A stretch of DNA of 63,463 bases, the filler included, from Stramenopiles sp. TOSAG23-2 (taxonomy: Eukaryota): the NCBI GenBank assembly GCA_900128395.1. It is 16 parts of 16 records of this genome, joined end to end, with 100 filler letters (N's around TTAATTAATTAA, not from the genome) between each part and the next. Parts side by side here need not be neighbours in the genome. Positions count along the whole stretch, not along the records: positions 21,926 to 26,194 come from LT650940.1; positions 26,295 to 30,562 come from LT650941.1; positions 30,663 to 34,930 come from LT650942.1; positions 35,031 to 39,296 come from LT650943.1; 12 more parts are not named here. One strand, given 5' to 3'. The notes beneath the pieces are model-generated. The model did not search any database and was not told where the DNA came from. It saw only the letters and a list, made by a program, of their open reading frames with translations. Shown piece after piece: positions 24,901-36,192 of the stretch (position 1 is its first letter; the number at the start of each line of letters is the position of its first letter). The translations under genes and the position numbers were made by a program.

Positions 24901-26194
24901 GAGAATCAAATGTGTACCATGCCCCGTCCGTCGATACATTCACACGGCTTCGGATTCCATTATTCGAGACCTCAAGTCTAATGCTCTTTTCGAACAAAGA
25001 CGGCGGTGAGACGCATTTGATAACAGATGAATTATAAAAGGCCGACGCAGCTACTACAGCATCCTTTCCCGTACCAAAATGACAGTGTAGCTTCGATGAA
25101 TTTTTAAAATTTTTACCGAATAAATAAATTTCAGTACCTCCATACATCGGACCATGCGTAGGCACAATCCTGTCCACGTAAATAATTGCTTGATATTCAA
25201 ACGTTACTCCACTGGAAGTGTAATCTTGATTATTTTGAGACACCTCAACAGCAACACGCCCGGTAGATAGGGTTGTTCCATTGATTAACGTTGTTACAAC
25301 GACACCCGCACTATTATTGATGGATTTATCACTTGGTGCCACAACTTCCATGCTTGGTATATTTCCAAGTTGCAGCTTCGATGAAAAGGTTACATGCCAC
25401 CAAAAAGCGTTATCACCATTTGGAAATTGAGTCACACGAATAGTTCCGATACCTGGTAGTTCTTCCAGAATAGATTTTAGCAACTGCCTAGATGCATTGT
25501 AGGGTATTGGTGCAGATATGCGCGGCTCACAAAGCGTTGGATGCGGCAGCGAACTACCATCAAGATCGAATCCTTGATACCCATTGATTGGACGGCAATA
25601 ATTCCACAATTTTAAACTGAACGTACAATTTTCTGTCGAAATACATGCATCGCTTGCATTTGATGCAATACGTTGAACCTCTCTTCTAGGCCTTAGTCGT
25701 GGAGACACACATTCAACGACTTTCTCGCTGATATAAACTGCAGTAACGATTTGATCTGCGAAACGGCAACATGACNNNNNNNNNNNNNNNNNNNNNNNNN
25801 NNNNNNNNNNNNNNNNNNNNNNNNNNNNNNNNNNNNNNNNNNNNNNNNNNNNNNNNNNNNNNNNNNNNNNNNTGTAATTTTTGAAAGGCCCACCAATGAC
25901 ACTGATTATTGTTTGACCAGTTGCTGGCCCGGAATTCGGATGTATTTCAGCAATATGTCGATGGGCTTCATAATGAAATTGGACAGTCTCACTGGTAAAA
26001 TCTTTTCCATTTACAGCGATTTCTACAGCAACACCCTTTGGCAATACAACTGGTGGAGTATGGCATCGAATTTCAAATTGTGTAGCATAGACAGCGTTCA
26101 CAACTTCTTCACCAAAAGAGCACTTCGCGGTCTCAATATCATTTGAAAAGTCTGACCCTGTAAGTCTAATTAATGTGCCACCAGCAATTGGTCC
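21926..26194 (-). CDS. Giant IPT/TIG-repeat and GCC2_GCC3 (ephrin-receptor-like) cysteine-rich protein, partial at both ends; internal 97-N gap at 25776-25872
   Basis: Repeated P.SGP..GGT...G.NF...L.C.FG and VEVS.NGQD(F/Y)T IPT motifs followed by many CP.G.YCP.G repeats. Confidence 0.85.
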
Positions 26195-26294
26195 NNNNNN
26201 NNNNNNNNNNNNNNNNNNNNNNNNNNNNNNNNNNNNNNTTAATTAATTAANNNNNNNNNNNNNNNNNNNNNNNNNNNNNNNNNNNNNNNNNNNN

Positions 26295-26620
26295 GCTTTC
26301 CTTTTCTTAATTGCTGCCAATGTTCGAACGCGCAATAATTTATTTCCATGTTCCCATTGCAATGCTATTATAAATCGTAAATCAACATTGGAATTTACGA
26401 AATCAATTTTGCGAATCTTTTTAATTACTAAATGCATAGATATATGTGTCCTTGTATCGTCGTCTGAGAAATGTGGCCTAGACTTAACTAAATCTATATT
26501 TGCATGTTCCGTTTTAATCGGGTAGATAACAACAGCTTTAACAAGGGCAAAAAGCAGCAGCAGCAAAAGGTAGGGTTTAGTCCATTTACAACACCAAAAC
26601 CTAAGAAACGTTTCGTACAT
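26295..26620 (-). CDS. Probable Cys-loop (pentameric) ligand-gated ion channel N-terminus, 3'-partial
   Basis: Hydrophobic signal-like stretch, then RP...T.ISMHLVIKKIRKIDFVNSNVDLRFIIALQW, matching the beta1-beta2 pattern of pLGIC ligand-binding domains. Confidence 0.5.
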
Positions 26621-27056
26621 ACGCCATCACCATCGTTTCAAAGAAAAGGGCATACATATTTGAAGAAAGGCTCGTCAACAAAGCAAAAGTTACAGCCAAA
26701 GGTCCGATGCCATTCTTTTCATTTCATTGCTTAATGCAAAATCTAGATTTTGTATCAATTTATTTCGTCCATTTTTGATATATTAGCTCTTAATAACTGA
26801 ATTGACATTAATTTTTCTATCAATACAGGTTTATAGGCATTGAAGGAATATATCTTTTTTAATTTGTCGTATCTTTATAATCTATATATCTATCTCTTCT
26901 ATTTGTTTTCATATTTGTTGTATAAAGGGAGGTAATATTATATTAGTGTTATTACTAATAACAACTTCGTATATAATACCAGGTAAAATGTCAAAATCTG
27001 TATAGCAGGCATACAGGCTTAAATAATATGACATGCGAAAGAGGAATGGTAAAGCT

Positions 27057-27563
27057 AACAAAGAAAGAATTGCTTGTCAAATGTTGGTTCAGAATTTTTT
27101 TAATTATTAAGTATAGTGTTATTTGTACTATAGTATAAGCTTATTTAACCTATATATGTTCTATCTTCTCCGGACGGCTCCTAAAAAAACCAAATAAATG
27201 TCAAAACTGCTTCCGTCATGGTTCAGAATTTTTTTAATTATTAAGTATAGTGTTATTTGTACTATAGTATAACCTTATTTAACCTATATAAGTTTTATCT
27301 CCGGCCGGCTCCTAAAAAAAAACCAAATGAATCAAAAAATGCTTCCGTCTTACGAGCACTTCTTCAAACCAAAAAAAAAACAACAAAAAAACAGTTAGTG
27401 GAGAGAGTAAAAGTAAATCATATACTAAATAAACAACAAAAAAACATTCTAATTCTTCCAGTGCACTTTCACTGCTGTCTCTTCCCATCATTGCTTCCGT
27501 CTTACGAGCACTTCTTCAAACCAAAAAAAAAACAACAAAAAAACAGTTAGTGGAGAGAGTAAA
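27057..27563 (+). repeat. Left block of long direct repeats flanking the YHYH gene
   Basis: Units A (27057-27217), B (27219-about 27385), C (to 27491) and a partial C (27491-27563), near-identical to 29784-30270. Confidence 0.9.
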
Positions 27564-27590
27564 TTTGTTGTTTTCATATTTGTTGAAACT

Positions 27591-29426
27591 TTAAACATAT
27601 ACTATATAGGTGATGACGATGAAAAAAATCATTGTCATGTAAAAGTGGTTTCCTTTTTTGCTGTGAATTCTTACGATTGAATACGCATTGCTTATTGTTT
27701 CTTCAGGGATCTTAATTTCTTTATCGTTTTCTTTTTCATTTTTGTTGCTACTAATAAGAGCTAGCGTTGTTGTGATTGGCATGGTTTTTGTTGTTATTGC
27801 TGATGAACTTGATACTGATACTGGTGTTGTTGTTGATGAACTTGATACTGCTATCGGTGTCGTTGCTGATGAACTTGATACTGTTACTGGTGTTGTTGCT
27901 GATGAACTTGATACTGCTACCGGTGTCGTTGTTGATGAACTTGATACTGCTACCGGTGTTGTTGTTGATGAACTTGATACTGCTACCGGTGTTGTTGTTG
28001 ATGAACTTGATACTGCTACCGGTGTTGTTGCTGATGAACTTGATACTGCTACCGGTGTTGTTGCTGATGAACTTGATACTGCTACCGGTGTCGTTGTTGA
28101 TGAACTTGATACTGCTACCGGTGTTGTTGTTGATGAACTTGATACTGATGGTGTCGTTGTTGGTGAATTATTTATATCTACTATGGTAATTCCATTTGAA
28201 TAATCAGATAAATCAGCAAATGTGCCTGTAGAATCGTCTTGATAAGCACCATTTACATATTTTCGCACAACCCATTGTCGTGTGCTTTCTACATTACCAA
28301 CATTCAAACCTACACCATCTGGACCAGCTCCTGATTTATCCCAACATGGGCACCATGGTTGATATGGAAATGTTTTTACTACACCATTTTTATCCTTAAC
28401 CGTGAATAATTCTAACTTTGCTGTTTCACTACATTCGTCATATACATCTCTACATTGCTGCACGGTAACTAGAGAATTATCATCATTTGGTCCATAGCAA
28501 CCGATAGTAAATGGTGGGTGCTCCGTGATATGATAATGATAAATATCTTCATCTGGTGAATCCGGTGTCCTACCCCATTGACCATTACAGGCATCTAGGG
28601 TTGGTAACAATGAATTTGAAAAGTCTTCCCATTTGCCATATACACCTTGCCCAGCTGCCAATCGTCGTCTACCGCCACCACCGCCGCCGCCTGGACGGCC
28701 AGAGCCTCCACCGCCAGAGCCTCCACCGCCGCCGCCTGGACCACCAGAGCCTCCACCCCAAGAACCTCCACCGCCTCCACCGCCTCCACCACCATTCCAA
28801 CCACCAGCATTTTCCTGTACTTCTGCTACTCGAATCGAATGTTTTGAATTTGCCGCAGTGGTATATAAACAACCTAAATCTTTATGATAATGGTAAGCTT
28901 GCGTATGCCCACCACAATTATCTAAGAAGCCGTAGTATTTTCCATCTTCTGTTCTTGGAAGTGTAATATCGCAATTGTATGCACATATTTTCTCAGCGAT
29001 AGTTACATCTGAACCACCTTCTGAATAGCACAAACTTGTATCTGGAGTACAACCCATTTGTCCAGTTATTACCATATTTTGTGTCGGTCCAAAACCAGCT
29101 TCAAATGGTCCATAGATATTTTCTCCAGCAATTCGTGTTGCACCAGCAGTGCCTACATTCGCACCATTTTCCTGCGTTGCAAATCCTGATACTACCGTCA
29201 AGGCTACATCGCCTAAAAGTCCTGTTTTTGTTACAGCTAACTTTCGTGTACCTAGGTTTCCTTCTGTATCATTATTATTAATATATTTCACGGCTTTACC
29301 AACAATAGATTGCAAATGTTTTCGTTTTAACCGTCGGACAGCTTCACTTTGTTGTTGTTGTAGAATTGACGTGGCAATAATAATACTAAGAATAATGAAT
29401 ATTTGTATAGAATTTCGAAATCTCAT
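27591..29426 (-). CDS. Surface-anchored YHYH-domain protein with Gly-rich insert and mucin-like Ser/Thr repeats
   Basis: ATG at 29426 plus signal peptide; LDNCGGHTQAYHYH and LDACNG...YHYHITEHPPFTIGCYG; C-terminal hydrophobic tail (TM or GPI signal). Confidence 0.75.
   Translation of the reverse strand: MRFRNSIQIFIILSIIIATSILQQQQSEAVRRLKRKHLQSIVGKAVKYINNNDTEGNLGTRKLAVTKTGLLGDVALTVVSGFATQENGANVGTAGATRIAGENIYGPFEAGFGPTQNMVITGQMGCTPDTSLCYSEGGSDVTIAEKICAYNCDITLPRTEDGKYYGFLDNCGGHTQAYHYHKDLGCLYTTAANSKHSIRVAEVQENAGGWNGGGGGGGGGGSWGGGSGGPGGGGGGSGGGGSGRPGGGGGGGRRRLAAGQGVYGKWEDFSNSLLPTLDACNGQWGRTPDSPDEDIYHYHITEHPPFTIGCYGPNDDNSLVTVQQCRDVYDECSETAKLELFTVKDKNGVVKTFPYQPWCPCWDKSGAGPDGVGLNVGNVESTRQWVVRKYVNGAYQDDSTGTFADLSDYSNGITIVDINNSPTTTPSVSSSSTTTPVAVSSSSTTTPVAVSSSSATTPVAVSSSSATTPVAVSSSSTTTPVAVSSSSTTTPVAVSSSSTTTPVAVSSSSATTPVTVSSSSATTPIAVSSSSTTTPVSVSSSSAITTKTMPITTTLALISSNKNEKENDKEIKIPEETISNAYSIVRIHSKKGNHFYMTMIFFIVITYIVYV
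27801..28160. repeat. Coding minisatellite, 33-bp unit x about 11 ((T/A)TTPVAVSSSS)
   Basis: GATGAACTTGATACTGCTACCGGTGT(T/C)GTTG(T/C)T repeated in tandem. Confidence 0.95.
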
Positions 29427-29783
29427 GGTGTATTGTAGATGTTGTGTTTTGTTGTTTATTATCAATAAAAAGAGAAGTATGTTTTACCCACAGTGTTTGT
29501 ATAGGATTCATTTTAAACACGCACCTTTCCTCTTCCAGTAATAATGTTAAGGCTACAACACACAGTGTTATAATTCATATATTAATATTAATAATAAAAA
29601 TATATAAAAGATAGCGATACATAGTGCCATATGGCAATAAAAATAATATAATATATTATAAGTCCTGGAGACTTTTTTAACTTTATCATCACAGTAAAGT
29701 CTAGTTACCAGGTAATATAGTCGTCAGAAAGCTGGAAAGTAAAAGCTAAAAGGTAGATTTAAAGTGAGATCCCAGACCAGGAT

Positions 29784-30270
29784 ATGTTGGTTCAGAATTT
29801 TTTTAATTATTAAGTATAGTGTTATTTGTACTATATTATAACCTTATTTAACCTATATAAGTTTTATCTCCGGCCGCCGGCTCCTAAAAAAACCAAATGA
29901 ATCAAAATTGCTTCCGTCTTACGAGCACTTCTTCAAACCAAAAAAAAAACAACAAAAAAACAACAAAGAAAGAATTGCTTGTCAAATGTTGGTTCAGAAT
30001 TTTTTTAATTATTAAGTATAGTGTTATTTGTACTATAGTATAAGCTTATTTAACCTATATATGTTCTATCTTCTCCGGACGGCTCCTAAAAAAACCAAAT
30101 AAATGTCAAAACTGCTTCCGTCTTACGAGCACTACTTCTTCAAACCAAAAAAAACAAAACAACAAAAAAACAGTTAGTGGAGAGAGTAAAAGTAAATCAT
30201 ATACTAAATAAACAACAAAAAAACATTCTAATTCTTCCAGTGCACTTTCACTGCTGTCTCTTCCCATCAT
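29784..30270 (+). repeat. Right block of long direct repeats flanking the YHYH gene
   Basis: Units B (29784-about 29960), A (29962-30122) and C (to 30270), matching 27057-27563. Confidence 0.9.
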
Positions 30271-30293
30271 ATATATATATATATATATAAACC

Positions 30294-30506
30294 ATGTCGA
30301 ACAGAGATGTGAAACAATCTAATATTGGAATACTTATTAATTGCCAACAGTTGAATGAAGTAGAAAAAAGTATAGCACGTACTTCAAGATATATGGAAAA
30401 TATTGCAACACAATACAGTGCTTCGCGTATGTACATTCGGGCACCAGTATCTAAATTTAGAGCTGGTCGAAGTGGAAGAGCGTCAACCTATTTTGGAATA
30501 TTGTAA
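30294..30506 (+). CDS. Possible short ORF or first exon of a gene cut by the contig end
   Basis: ATG in A-rich context (TAAACCATG) right after the repeat block; 70 codons; no family recognised. Confidence 0.3.
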   Translation: MSNRDVKQSNIGILINCQQLNEVEKSIARTSRYMENIATQYSASRMYIRAPVSKFRAGRSGRASTYFGIL

Positions 30507-30663
30507 TGTTTGAATTGCATACTTTACCTTTTTATAAAGCTAAAAGTAGCAAACTCAATCTANNNNNNNNNNNNNNNNNNNNNNNNNNNNNNNNNNNNNN
30601 NNNNNNTTAATTAATTAANNNNNNNNNNNNNNNNNNNNNNNNNNNNNNNNNNNNNNNNNNNNG

Positions 30664-31149
30664 GGAGGAGGCGGTGGTAGCGGCGGTGTTCGCGTACAAG
30701 GTCCAGATGGACGTGATATCAATATCAATATAAATGTAACCACATCACCAAAAGCAGGTGGTGTAAATAACATTCAATCTCAATCATTAGAAGAATCAAC
30801 AGATGATGTTGATCCATTTACCTGCCAGTTTTGTGGTCGTTACGATCCAAATTTCACTGAAGATTCATTGGATATGCATTATTGGAAAGAATGCCCAGTA
30901 TTGACTAGTTGTAGAATGTGTGGACAAGTTGTTGAAATCATGTGTTTACATGAACATATGTCGACTGAATGTGAGCACAAGGAAAAATTTAAAAGCGAGA
31001 ATGCCGGGAAATTGAAACAAATGGCAAAACAGTGCCCTTTGTGTCAAACAGTAATAAAACCATTCAATGAGGCTGGATGGAGACGTCATTTATTAAGTGG
31101 TGCTGGATGCAGTTGTAATAGCAGAACAAAGCATTTAAGTGGTCAATAA
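30664..31149 (+). CDS. CEP104: Centrosomal protein 104 C-terminal zinc fingers, 5'-partial
   Basis: CQFCG..DPNFTEDSLDMHYWKECPVL..C..CGQVVEI..L.EH..TEC and CPLC...I...EAGWRRHL. Confidence 0.85.
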   Translation, partial: GGGGGSGGVRVQGPDGRDINININVTTSPKAGGVNNIQSQSLEESTDDVDPFTCQFCGRYDPNFTEDSLDMHYWKECPVLTSCRMCGQVVEIMCLHEHMSTECEHKEKFKSENAGKLKQMAKQCPLCQTVIKPFNEAGWRRHLLSGAGCSCNSRTKHLSGQ

Positions 31150-31581
31150 AAAAAATTTAAAATTAAAAAATAATACGGTTCGTAGTGTATTTTTATCTCT
31201 TGGTTTTGTTTTTACGCACATTAACATATGTGTGTATTACTCGTCGTGTCGTAATCATTTTTAATTAATCGCGCGTGTACGAAATTAGAAGTGTACATAA
31301 TAATAAAACGAAGTCCAGTATTTTTTAAATATAATTTTTCTGGTAAATAAAAATATCAGTACTGTATCATATATTTTAATTTATTCATATTTTTTATTGA
31401 TATATATTTTATTAAAGTATTTTAAATATATATATATAAAAAAGAATGTACAGATTCATAAAAATGTGTACAAACTTCTGGTTTCTATTGCTTTCTCTTC
31501 CTCACTATATTATACTAACGTGATCGACGTCTCACCATCCTATTTTACAAAACACATACAACATGGGACACGAGATCTGAT

Positions 31582-32154
31582 CTACCAGGCATTCTCCCCT
31601 TTATCTATGATACGATTACGCGTTACAGAGCAGTTCAAACCTTGATCCCTGTTTTGTATACCATTAAAAGTACTTGAAAATTCATTTTGTACAGGGAATT
31701 TTTTATCTGGAAATTCGTGTGCAGATGGTGCTTTGTAACCTATTTCATGCGCACTAGTGGTATACATTGGATTTTGCTCTGGTGCACGGTATCCCCATGC
31801 ATTTGCTCTTGCTATACGTGTTGCCATATCTTGGTCGTTAACTTCTGGTCCACGTGCAGGTGGCATTTCAGAAGGTAAAGGTTTTGGCATGGTTTTATGT
31901 AACTCTGGATTAAACATTTCTTTATTACGCATTGGATCCATAGCTAGGGATATAAAATTTTTATTGTTTTGAATTTGTGTACCATAGTTTGAGCTGATCG
32001 TACTATAGTGATAGGTGGATGGAGTTGCTTCTTTCTCCTTTGGCACAGGTGCTTTTTTACCTGCACTTACTTGTTTTCTTGCTTCCAACGCCAATTCAGC
32101 TATTGATTTGGTTGTAGCATAAAATGGATTTGTATTTCTTGCTTTACCAGACAT
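31582..32154 (-). CDS. PIERCE1/2-family (DUF4490) axonemal microtubule-associated protein
   Basis: C-terminal GYR...QNPMYTTSAHEIG.KAPS.HEFP.K.FP..N.FS..F...RD.GLN.S pattern. Confidence 0.75.
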   Translation of the reverse strand: MSGKARNTNPFYATTKSIAELALEARKQVSAGKKAPVPKEKEATPSTYHYSTISSNYGTQIQNNKNFISLAMDPMRNKEMFNPELHKTMPKPLPSEMPPARGPEVNDQDMATRIARANAWGYRAPEQNPMYTTSAHEIGYKAPSAHEFPDKKFPVQNEFSSTFNGIQNRDQGLNCSVTRNRIIDKGENAW

Positions 32155-32601
32155 TCTGTTGTTTATTTTGTTGTAACAAATAACGTATACAATGATAATA
32201 ATAATACAATATATATATATATTAATATATGAATAGTATATTTTCTAAACACTATTATAGTTTGTTTGTATCTTTCTATTTTCTTATATTTAAAACAGAT
32301 TTATATAAAAAGTCGAATATTTTTCTAACGTATTATTTTGAGCAAAACGCCATAGATGGATTACCAGGTAGTATGGTACTGATAGGAAAATTAGACTACA
32401 TATATATAGAAGTATAAGAGGGGAATACCATTGATGAAAAATATCAGATTTATAGTTGTTTGGCACACTTCAATTTAAATTATTATTTTTGTTTTGATTT
32501 TTTACAACACACACCTTGCACTCTCTCACACTTTTCCTCTACACACACTCTCAATTAGCTACACATTTTCCAGTTTACATCCTTATATGTATATATGCCA
32601 T

Positions 32602-34786
32602 TCAACCAAATTGTTGTTGCATTGATGTAGATTTTCGCCAACCAGCAATCATTTGTTGTGTAGAAATTTCATATTTAGTACGGTCCAATGCAATTTTATC
32701 AAGTGTTATTTGACGTAGCGTTTGTTGCAATTCTTCCGGTACGTGTGGACTTATTAAATTCAAAAATTTTTCTGTATGATGTTCCTCGATGATTAAAAAA
32801 TTGGACATCGGAGTTTGATTTAAATATTCAGTATCAGTTAGAAGAGTCAAGGATAATGTTGAATCAATACCCAATTTATTTCTCAAACCTCTTTGTAACA
32901 ATTCTACATCTTCCATTCGTCGCCAATTATCAAGGCGTAATGATATCATCGTTGTTAAATCATCATCATCATCCACAATCATCGACATACCATTGCTGTC
33001 GTTGTCATTCACACGTAAAATATCACCTTTACCTAAATACCAATGTGCAACGACTCTAGGAGTCAAGTAACTTTCAATATTGTCTGGAATTTTCTTTTCA
33101 TATCGAATATAATTTGTTTTTTTATTAGAAAATTTAAATTGCCTACGAGTATTTTCTTTTTTTCGCATGAAATCGCGAAACAAGGGCTCAAAATCTTTAC
33201 TTTGCTCTGTATAGATACGATAACTTAATTTTCTGGAAAAACGTTCACCTTCTTTAAACGATATATCGGTTAAATACATATGTGGTAAACTAGACGTGAT
33301 GGTATCCATTAATTTTAACCAGTGTGTTTTAAATTTACGACCTCGATTCAAATAATTTATATTTGTTCCATATCGTTCACTAACCTTTACACCATATGCA
33401 TTTGAAACAAGTTTAAAATATGGAGCTATAGAGTGTGTTTTATATATATAATATATATATATTTTTTTGGTTAGAGAGAGATGTTTTTCGTTGGCTTTGT
33501 GGTGCTGTAAAAGAGAATTTTATTTTTTTTTTCAATAAATAGTGATACTTACCTTGGTATGCATGTTTTATTAATTCACCATCACCTAAGAAATAACCAA
33601 TTAAATTTTCATATTGTTCATTGTTAATTAAACTTTCAATATCTGGATCATCATTATCAATCATGGTCATGTTGATTATATTATTTTTATTTTTATTATT
33701 ATCAGCAATAGTTTTTTTCTGTTTCGCTTTTAGTTTAGCATATTTTTTTCTTCTCCTCATTGCTGCATAATCATATAAATCACCATTGAAATGATATTGC
33801 CTAATATTATAATCACTTGTGTACGGCAATGCGTTTGCAAATGGATACTTGTTTGTTGCATTAATACTACCACTTGCTTTGCTAGCAAGAATTGCTGATG
33901 TATTAGCTTCTGATGAGACCATACTACCATCCAGTAGTAACTCCTCATCTTTTGGTAGATTATTATGTAAGATTTCATATAAATCCATTAAATGTTTCTT
34001 ACGTTTTTTATTTCTTCCAATATTTTTCATTTTTAGCTTTGAAACACTATCATGAACAAATTTTAAAATTTGCCGGTTATAGATAGTATCATACGCTTTA
34101 CTTGTTCGAAATACAGTTGGAATCAATGGATCTTTCGTTCTATTTTGACCAATATTACCTGCAAACAAATCGACCACTGCATCCTTTCTTTTACCTAAAA
34201 GTTCACCATCTTTGTCATACAACTGTAAAGTTGGTATTGCGCGTTGTATAATCATATTTACAGAATTTAAGCGTTCTTCGTCCAGTTCTTTCCACGTATG
34301 GAATTCAATTGATTCATGTGGATTTTCAAAAGCTTCTCTTATATCGTTTAAACTATTCCTTGTTGATGGATCAGATCTTCCAGTATATATACCATCAACG
34401 GAACAAACATTACAATCATATTTAATTTCATTTATTTTACTATTATTATTATTATTATTATTATCATGCTTATGTTTCACCGTTCTCTTTTTATTTTTAC
34501 TACTTTCATCATTGGATATGCTTGTTTTTTTTATACTTCTGCCTTTAGTTAATTCCGGAGAACAAGTTACAATCAAACCAACTTCATGAAATAAATTTAC
34601 AGGCCTTAAAGCTGGTGGTTTTATATTCTTGTAGTTATTTACATTTTTCTTGTTTTTTTTCTTTTTCTTCTTATTACTTATAAGATTATTAGTATTATTT
34701 CCAGCAGCTAATATTTTCGTTGCATGATGTTGATTATTTTTATTTAAATATTTTCCAATTTTACTTGATAATTTAATACCAAGCAT
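32602..34786 (-). CDS. Nuclear-encoded double-motif LAGLIDADG (LAGLIDADG_2-type) protein, 685 aa, join(33553..34786, 32602..33425)
   Basis: Motif 1 EQYENLIGYFLGDG; then SYRIYT..S..F..L...F, KKIPDNIESYLTPRVVAHWYLGKG (motif 2), EDVELLQ.GL..KLGI; splicing 33426-33552 joins the two track ORFs in frame (2058 nt). Confidence 0.8.
33426..33552 (-). other. Spliceosomal GT-AG intron, 127 bp
   Basis: Donor CAAG|GTAAGT, branch point CTAAC, acceptor TATAG|CT; restores the reading frame (..AYQ-APYFKL..). Confidence 0.85.
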
Positions 34787-35676
34787 ATTGTTTCAATATT
34801 TGATATTTCTATTTGTTTACAACGGAAAGGGTGGTAACCTTTATTAATATATCTGTAAAGTAGTAAAGCCATATGTATGTCACCATACAACAACTAGCTA
34901 GCTACTATTATTTTCTGTTACAAATATATTNNNNNNNNNNNNNNNNNNNNNNNNNNNNNNNNNNNNNNNNNNNNTTAATTAATTAANNNNNNNNNNNNNN
35001 NNNNNNNNNNNNNNNNNNNNNNNNNNNNNNCTATATATTAATAATAACAATAATAGTATTATTAGTAGTAGTATTTATATAATAGTATTATGTATTATTG
35101 CTATTGCTATTTTTATTTTTTGTCGGCAATTTTTGTTATCAACTTAGAAAATTGCCTCTTTGAAACTTTTAAACTATTATAATAATACTATAATATAAGG
35201 ATCGAGAGAAGCCGAAAAACAAAAATCCGATGTGGTGAAAATGGCTTTTCCCTTGTATATTAATATTTGCATTTTTATGGTTCCTCTTTTTTTTTTCTAA
35301 TATTCGGATACATTATTTGTTCTTGTGCCTTCAATTACACTTTATAAAATACAAAACTGAATCCTAATCGCATGCTAATCAAATTTCTAATACGGAAGTT
35401 ATTGACGCGGCACAAAATGCATATATGGTACATTTAATAGTAATAATGTAATATTATTATTATTACTGATAATAATAGCGTATATTATACTTATGAAGTT
35501 TTTTAATTTTAACAGCATTATAATTAGAATAATAGCAGCATTATTATATTTTACTTATAATACTTCAAGATTCGGTTACTTGCAGGTTGCAGTCTTGCAG
35601 TGTGACTAATTATTATAAGATTGTGGTAAAACCAAAAAAAATGAAACCAAAAAAATCCAAAATGTTAAATTAGTTG

Positions 35677-35885
35677 GGCCGAGTTTTATGCCGCTTGTTT
35701 TTTTGATATAATTTCAGAATTTCCATTGTCTAAAAATAATCATAAAGTAAATATACTAAATGAAGCATATTATAGTTATTAATACTAATTACTAGGTACT
35801 AATTATCGGATATTATTTTTCATATTTCACTCTAAATAATCAGTTTGGTAACTTGAAACGATGAAACCCTAAAATTACAACTCTC
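35677..35885 (+). repeat. Degenerate copy of the 47118/47419 element family
   Basis: Shares ATTTCAGAATTT..CTAAAAATAATCAT, TTATCGGATATTATT, CACTCTAAATA.TCAGTTTGGTAACTT and AAACCCTA with the copies on another contig; remnant left end GGCCGAGTTTTATGCCG. Confidence 0.75.
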
Positions 35886-36192
35886 ACATATCATCATCAC
35901 ACCAGGCACACATCATCATCAACAACAAAAAAAACTTAATAACTTAAACTTATACTTAACACTTGCAGGCTTAATAATGGTGCTAATACTACTACTACAA
36001 CAACAACAACAACAACATTAACATAATAATAATAATAATATTAGTCTGGATATAACAATACTTGATTATATATAAAAAACACACACTATAGTCACCGATG
36101 ATAAATATAAAATAATACATTTACTTGTAGCCTTAATTAGTTTGCGGTGATTGTTACATTTTATAATAGCCGGGCATACATAATATAATATA

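Noticed and set aside
27801-28160. 33-bp periodic array as a CRISPR
   Set aside because: No unique spacers; it is an in-frame Ser/Thr coding repeat, and no cas genes are present
33426-33510. Non-canonical intron starting at ACAG|CACC in the LAGLIDADG gene
   Set aside because: A canonical GTAAGT donor at 33552 explains the join in frame
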